Shown piece by piece: positions 56,496 through 64,000 of a stretch of 64,000 nucleotides of DNA. Origin of the DNA: Kudoa neothunni (taxonomy: Eukaryota > Animalia > Cnidaria). Below the pieces are notes generated by a model, which was given only the letters and a program-made list of their open reading frames with translations, made no database searches and was not told where the DNA came from. Position 1 is the stretch's first letter. Every line of letters starts with the position of its first letter. The position numbers and the translations under genes are program-made. The stretch is from positions 6,373,731-6,437,730 of the forward strand of contig OZ199838.1 of assembly GCA_964304625.1 (NCBI GenBank). The letters run 5' to 3'.

Positions 56496-58075
56496 ATTAT
56501 CATTGATTATAAATAGTAAAATCAATTGGAATAAAAATGATTGAGGCGTTTTATGTAAGTATACGATAACATACGAATTAATGCGAGATCCGGGGTCTAA
56601 TTATTTTCGTAGCTTACTTAGGGTATTCAGTCAATTATTCACGTATTTTTTATTCCAATCACATTCGAAACTATTTTATACTATGATTCAACTGAAACTA
56701 TTATATTTTTACACATAAATTTATTTTATCGTGAATCGATTCTAATAACGTATGCGAGGGGTAGCATGAATCTGTGTATTGTGTACACATTTTTTTTCAG
56801 AGGCTTTCATTTGACAATAAAATTGAGTATAATATTCCAATTGATTTTTGTATAGTTTTTATTTCACGTTAATCCAATTCTGATACGAATGAAATATACC
56901 AAACGATTATCATCTGAACTTAACGATTTTGTCAGGATAAAAAAAATATTTTCATGTAAAATTCCATTAATTTTTCTGCCAATGTGGATTAAGAATTGTC
57001 TGTTCGCGTGATGAATTATAATCCGCTGCTAACATACGCGTGCGCTTTGTAATTTTTGATCCTCTTAACTCTTGCTCACAAATTGAATAAAAATATAATT
57101 TTTTCGAATCTATGATATTTGATTATTTTGGGCCCTCGATTTTGTTTTTAATCGCCAGAAATAATTAAATACAGTCGAAACTATTGATTTCTGAATATTA
57201 TTTACAGTGCTCACAGTCATATTATAAATTAGGTCGAATTCTTATTATATTTATTTTTTTCAGAATTTTATTAATAATTTTTTTCTGATTTTATACGAAA
57301 ACTGGAAAAATTCTCTCGTTTTAACACTTGTATACGAACCAATTGGTCATAATACGAGACGGATTAAAGTAGAGTTTTATTTATATGCTGCTAGTAAAAA
57401 TTTTGCAAAAAAATTGAATATTCACAAACTAAAGTTTAAACTACTTAAAAATGATATTTACCAAATAATGTCCTCATGTCTAATTATTCGAATGCGCGAT
57501 TAGAGGGTAGTTTTTCTTCTGCATCTTCAAAAGATAAATGATATTGAAACGGATACATTAGTTATTTTAAATATCTTTTTATTAATTTTTTAGGTATTCT
57601 TTTGCAAAATTAGTTCACACGTCTAAAATACATTACTTGTAAGTATATTTTGCGAGAACAGCCGACTAATTGTGCTATTAATCACTGATGATTCGACGTG
57701 TTGTTCTAATCGATCAATCGAGACTAATATATCCACTAACATGATGTTAATTCCACAACATTAACTTATTAAATACGAGCAAATTCACTTGTCATGAATA
57801 ATAAAAATTACTTGCGCAAGCGTGCTAAATATACAACCTGTACCTCACAGCGATTATTCAATTTTACTGTTCATTTGGAAGGTAGTCGATTATTTCTAAT
57901 TATCAATATTATCGCCAACAATAAATAATCTTAGTTATATTTGTTATTTTTACATTAAAGCCAGTAGTTTTAAACTTGGCTAATTAATTTTAATTAGTAA
58001 TAATGAAATATTATATCTCACGACTAATTATGTAGAATATTTTAAAATAATTTAATCCTATATATTATTAGAGGA

Positions 58076-60633
58076 ATGAATGAGGCAGGAAAAACTGTGT
58101 TAATATCTTCTGTTGCGGAAGGCTCACATCGTATGAACATGAGACAATTTCCATGTAAACAAATATAATCGTCTGTCTAATTTATAGTTTTTTAGATTGT
58201 GTAAAGAATCGAATAATCCAATACTACTATTATATTGGTAGTGTGTATTTTGCCAAATGGATACTTTTGCTGTTGTTGGTTGTTATAATCGGAATTGTTG
58301 TTATCAAAATGTTTGTCAAGAAAAGAAGTAATTATTCCAAACAAACAATTATTTTGAATTATATATTTAAATATTATATTTAGAGAGACTTAACTCAAAT
58401 TTAAGTGACAAAAAGTTAGACCAAATGTTGTCTAGATTCCGAAAAAGAGACAGATTTGCCTTCTATATGCATAAAGTTGTGAGAAAAGTATCATTATCTA
58501 TCGCTAATTGAAGACAGATAATTTTTCCATTAGATAAAAAGTGAAATAAGAGATCAAAAAGAACGCGCGGAAAGATTGTAATTCTTATAAAAATTGACCA
58601 AACTAAATTATATCACCAACTTTAAGTACTCAACCAATCAGCTACTCCCACGATTCAAATGCTGATTATTTGAAATACTCTTCGGTAGATGACTACAAAT
58701 ATAAAGTAACAAAATGAGTAGGAACTTTCTGATTAATTCAACCTAGAAAAAAGATAGTTCGCTACCCAAAGAATTAATGTTACTGTATGACAGTATAAAA
58801 ATTTATGGTCTTTTCGACCCAGATTTGTTGTTTGAATTGTGCCAAACTATGACCAAACTAAATTACAATGTTGGGGAGTATATTTTGAAATTGGAAAGGT
58901 AGTTTTATAATTTATGCCAAATGAATGGGATGCTTGAGGTTGATTATGGTAGATCGATGTTGGCTTTATAGTTGTGGTATCTGGTGAAATAAATATCAAT
59001 ATGAGAACCAAGGTGATTATTGTGATTTAAGCTATCGAAGAATATCATATCGTCAATAGTCAGGAAAAAATGTGCTCATAAAAAAACTCACCAAGAATGA
59101 CACTATCCACAGCACTTTGCATATTTTTGAACAATTTATGGTCGGTTTTTACACTCCTGCATTCATAATTGTGATGTGTTTAGAAAATGGACGTCTCCGA
59201 ACTTAACATAGAAGCCAAAGTTGTGTCTCCCACTTCTATCTATCGGTAATGGTTGTTAGTTTTTCGATACCAAATTTTTATCTTTTAATAGGATATCTTC
59301 TAACAAATTTTGTGAAATTATTTCCAAAGAAGTCAATTTCAAACTCAAGCTCTCTCAAGTATGTTCATAATAATGTTCGTTATTTTAATGGCCCATCAAT
59401 GATTTAATAACTCGAAATTGGATAGATGGTTATGTTCAGATATCAACAAGTTACCCTTACAGTGATGAGAGAATTATTTGGTCTTACCAAAGAATTAACC
59501 ACAAATAAAGTATTTTTGTTGTCCGATCGTTGTTCATCAAATTTTTGATACAGAGCAAATACAACAATTCCAAATCACATGTTAATAGTCCAATGAGCTA
59601 CGATAGTAATCTGGAACACCTTCAAATGCCTAGATGCGAACCAAAACTATCTAAAACTGTCAGGGAGATTGGAAAAATTTTCGGAACCAATGTACTCATT
59701 TACATACTCATTAAAACATAAAGTTAACCCGACTAACTTGTTGACAGGAATTCAATGAGATATTAATTTCTACGGGTAAGTTTATAAGTTTTTCGGAGAA
59801 AAAGGACCTACTCTCTTCTGAGAGTAAACCTTCGGTAAGAGACTATTTCAGATTTTCTCTAAAATTAACTCTACACACAGAAACCTTGTCTTTATTATAT
59901 TGTCGAAGGAAGTGTTAATGTTGCACTCAAAAATAAGCTTAACGATAAAACGGTATTCCATTTCGATGGATTCACTTATTAAATCGATGCATATTTTTCT
60001 CTGTATTCAAGGAAACCATTATACATTGTTCTCGAGGAGAATTTGTTGGAATTGTTGATGTTCTTATTGGCGGAGCTCCAATGTATGTTTACGAATGCAA
60101 TCCGAATTCAAAACTTTTCATTATCCATTTTGCAGCATTTAAAAAGTTATTTTTATCCGTTGAAGTAAAATGCATTTGATTTATTTTATATTTTTAGGAT
60201 TGCAGTGAAAAAACCGGATATTGTTTGCATGTTGGCCCAACAGTTTATTAAAACCATCTCCAAATTTGTAAAAAGTGTCGATTTTGTTATCCATTGGACT
60301 ATGTATCGAAGTGGAGAACCCATTTTTATGTAAGCTATATCTAGCTTGTTTGGGTTAATTTATGACATTGATTTCATTAGTCAAGACGACAAAGCCGAAT
60401 ATGTTTATCTCATTCTTAATGGGAGGGTGACATCAACTAAAACTGCTCAGCCTGGCCTGGCTCATTCAAATACTGCCTATAAAAATCTCACTGTTATTCG
60501 AGAATATGGAAGACACGATGTTATTGGATTGGTAATAATTATGAATTAGTGTGTCATGTTTTTACGTGTATTCATTCGTTAAGGTACCATCACTACAAAA
60601 TAAATGCCATCCTTTTACGGTTCAGACCATTAG
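58076..60633 (+). CDS. PNPLA6: Neuropathy target esterase / swiss cheese family (PNPLA6/7), 5' part; patatin domain not in window
   Basis: N-terminal TM helix. SRFRKRDRF, LPKELMLLYDSIKIYGLFDPDLLFELC, cNMP-domain exons (LYIVVSGEI, SGEPIF..DDKAEYVYLILNGRV, REYGRHDVIGLV). Last exon found ends at a GT donor at 60634. Confidence 0.85.
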
Positions 60634-61422
60634 GTAAAATTCGAATTGTTTAACCTAGTATGTCTTCAGGAGATTGAATGTAATATAATTTATAGTTTAA
60701 AACTAATATGTAATATTTGTGTTTAACTCCAACAAAATATGTTCCTGATATAATTAGTTATTTCTTTAAAAAATTATTATGTGTACAATGCTAAAATTTA
60801 TGATTCAAAAACCGCGCTCTCTGCGTCTCATTAAAATAATTTAGAAACTTAACAAAAGAGACTAATACCACAATGTCTTGTATATTAACTGAGGAAACTC
60901 AAATATTATGCCAAAAAGATTAAAATAAATTATGCTTCCAAGATAAATTTATAATTAATCACTTTATGAATATAATTAGATAGAGAAAAAATGTGTAATT
61001 CCTTAATAAATGAAATTCGTTAATAAACATGTTTAAGAATAATTCGCTTATTTTATTAAATATTTTAATTTTTTGACCGATTTTTGTGCAAGATCGGTTT
61101 TTAATTAGAGTAGCAATTATGTATAAATATCTGAATAAGTTGAGTGGAAATCGTGTTAAACCTTTTAATATAATTATTTCGTAAATGCATTTAAATGTGA
61201 ATTAAAATAAAATCTTGATATTTATTTTCAAGTAACTAAATAGAACTCCATTTAAATGTAAAAAGAATTTATTTTTTAAAGTAAATTTATAGATATAATC
61301 AAAATAGAAATTTATTCGGGTGGACATAAGAATATATAGTTGAACAGGTTCAAAGTTTCATTAAGAAATGAATATAAATGCTAAAAAAGGATTGTTTGAA
61401 ATATTTATAAAATTAGGTTTAA

Positions 61423-62630
61423 CCCTTGAAAGCTCAGTGGGCCTCTTTTTAGTCCAAATATAAATTGATCAAATAGAGTCACCTAATTATCGTAAAGTAT
61501 TTTGTATAGATTATTTAACTAAAAATGAGAAATGATATTTTGTATAATAATTTCGGGAATTTGTAAATTATAAATATTCATGGAAAGTGATTTTTGTAAT
61601 ATTTGGCTATTCATCGAATCTTTTAATTCTTTATCATAAATTAAAATTAATTTGAAAAAACAAAACTTTAATATATTTAAAACTTTGTATTAAAATCACA
61701 ATATACGATATTGATAAGGGGACCTAAATAAGCATTATGTAATGTTTGTTGTCGAGTGTTTAAAAAGGGGTTTGAGTTTTATACACCACGAGATTTGCGA
61801 TGGTTGGGAATAATACGTGTGACTTCGATACCATCGATTCCAAAACATATTTCAGTATTAAATCATATTTCAAAGAATATGATCATAATATACGAAAGTT
61901 GTGGAGCGATAAATATGACAGCCTGTTGTTGGATGTCGACCATGATTCCATGGAAACAGCTTTATGGCCTTACTACTTAAATAATACGTCTTCATGGTTT
62001 TTATTAAATTATGTTGAATTGTTTTGAAAAAATTTTTTTTGTAGTCTATTTTCTACTCGAAAAATTATGATAATAACTAATCTTGTATGTGAAAACTTAA
62101 TCCTCTTTTAAACACTCGACAACAAACATTACATAATGCTTATTTAGGTCCCCTTATCAATATCGTATATTGTGATTTTAATACAAAGTTTTAAATATAT
62201 TAAAGTTTTGTTTTTTCAAATTAATTTTAATTTATGATAAAGAATTAAAAGATTCGATGAATAGCCAAATATTACAAAAATCACTTTCCATGAATATTTA
62301 TAATTTACAAATTCCCGAAATTATTATACAAAATATCATTTCTCATTTTTAGTTAAATAATCTATACAAAATACTTTACGATAATTAGGTGACTCTATTT
62401 GATCAATTTATATTTGGACTAAAAAGAGGCCCACTGAGCCTTTGTGTAACTTTTTGAAAAAGCTGATAAAAACATATAGAATGAAAAAGTTTTTTGATTC
62501 CTGTAAATAAAATTACACTAAATTTATGATATAATTTGTGTAACATTAATTTTGTAATATAGAAATCCTTATATTTATAAGCATTTAATTAAATTTTGGA
62601 CCAAAAAAGGGCCCACCGAGCCTTCAAGGG
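61423..62630. mobile_element. Non-autonomous piggyBac with foldback structure (1208 bp)
   Basis: TTAA at 61419-61422 and 62631-62634. 36-bp TIRs beginning CCCTTGAA with 5 mismatches. Internal perfect inverted repeat 61432-61765 / 62106-62439. Confidence 0.9.
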
Positions 62631-64000
62631 TTAACGTAGTTTACCTAATATTAGGGGATTTTACGAAAAAAAATCTATCTTTTTCTTAAATATGGCGTAT
62701 TATTTAAAAATTGGGGGTTTTTAGGTCTCCCTTTTTTAATTTTAAAATTTTCTTTGTATAATGGTTTATTATTTTAAATTTTTTCACATATTTTAGAAAG
62801 TTTTGAACTAAAAATAAATGCTACGGCAAACGGAACTTAATCAAAACGGAGAATTCGTTATTACTGTTTTAACTTTCTTGCAATATCATATGGATTTTTT
62901 CCTCATTTCTATTTTTGTCTTTACATTCATCTGACAATGGTGCATTCTAATATTTTTTTAATTTTTACATAAGAGACATTGAATTATTAATTTTTCAAAA
63001 TTTACAATTTTAAGGAATATTCATATTGTCAATTTTGCAATTTTTTCGTTTGATATTTACATAAATACTCATTTAATTTTTCGACTATCGTATTTTTTTA
63101 TTTAAATTTGAAAAATCGAAAGAAATGTTTATAATAAGCATCAATGTATTTTTCTTGCAAAAAATATTGCGTCGTTTTTATTAATTATCATAAAACTTAT
63201 CCGGCATTATAATTTTTTCCTATTGGTTAATAATTTTGAATTCTTCATTTTATCCTGTTTAAGATAATTTTTATCATGAATAAAAATAGGAGGAACGTAT
63301 GTTTCATATTCGCACAGGCACAAATAATGTCGGGTTAATTTTTCCTGGTTCCTGTATACTAAATTTTAAATTAACCTATGACTTAATTTTTTTACCCCTA
63401 ATTAGTTTGAGGATCTACTTTTTTGGCAAGTTGAAGAGTTAATTGTACTATAAACTTTTCAATAAGAAATGTTAAAATTAATAACCTTTTAAAATTTAGT
63501 ATATATTTGACGAGCGATTAATCTGTATTGAATTCGTTTTTACTTATATTTTTTAAAATATTGTACAACGGTCAGTTAATCGAAACATTTGAGAAATTGA
63601 TAAGAATTCACATATATACTCCTTTTGTTTAATAAAATCGTTGCTAATCGGTACTTACTAATAGTAAACATGAATAGGAACTGATGAGAATTCTTTATTT
63701 GTTAATTAATTTTTAGCGGTGTATTTTATTTGCTTTTTCGAAATTTTATTATAATTTTTCCTTTAATATAAGACAGATTATCCTTATACTATACTAAAAC
63801 AGTCACTTGATTGTTCATATTCAAACGCTTATTGAGTATTGGGTTTTTAATTTAAAATTTAAAAAGGAAATGATTTATTTCTTCTTAATCCGAACTTTTT
63901 CAGTATAGTTTACCGTATCATTGGGAAATTGGATTGTCAAGGATTAATTTTTACATAATGATTTTGACGTTACTAACAAATTTTGAAACATCGTATATTT

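Noticed and set aside
61790-62027. Loop ORF as the missing next PNPLA6/7 exon (faint cNMP-domain-end resemblance, TCDFDTIDSKTYFSIK)
   Set aside because: It needs a GAG acceptor, the similarity is marginal, and it lies within a transposon.

Overview
AT-rich eukaryotic nuclear DNA, most likely from a fast-evolving, compact-genome metazoan. TyrRS carries a C-terminal EMAP-II-like domain, and UVSSA and an NTE/PNPLA6-7 homologue are present. A parasite such as a myxozoan is a guess only. Ten recognisable spliced housekeeping genes were reconstructed by hand: NDUFS4, MRPS11, UVSSA (shortened), METAP2, FZR1/Cdh1, YARS1, ACO2, PWP2, DGAT1 and the 5' part of PNPLA6/7. Most introns are about 36-70 nt with very degenerate GT donors, but a few are expanded to 2.5-6 kb by stacked transposons. 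Intergenic DNA and long introns hold DNA transposons: at least four piggyBac lineages (one with an open transposase ORF, nested in an older element), hAT remnants and MITEs, a DD34E Tc1/IS630-type element, Mutator-like pieces, a dispersed ~200-235 bp MITE with 9-bp TSDs and a Helitron. The most unusual items are near-absence of +5G at donors with very high intron density, a piggyBac derivative with a perfect 334-bp internal inverted repeat, erosion of functional motifs in UVSSA and Cdh1, a GCGCAYGCG-type motif just upstream of start codons, and an operon-like DGAT1-PWP2 junction. No rRNA, tRNA, CRISPR or retrotransposon was recognised. Gene models are manual and unverified by transcripts.
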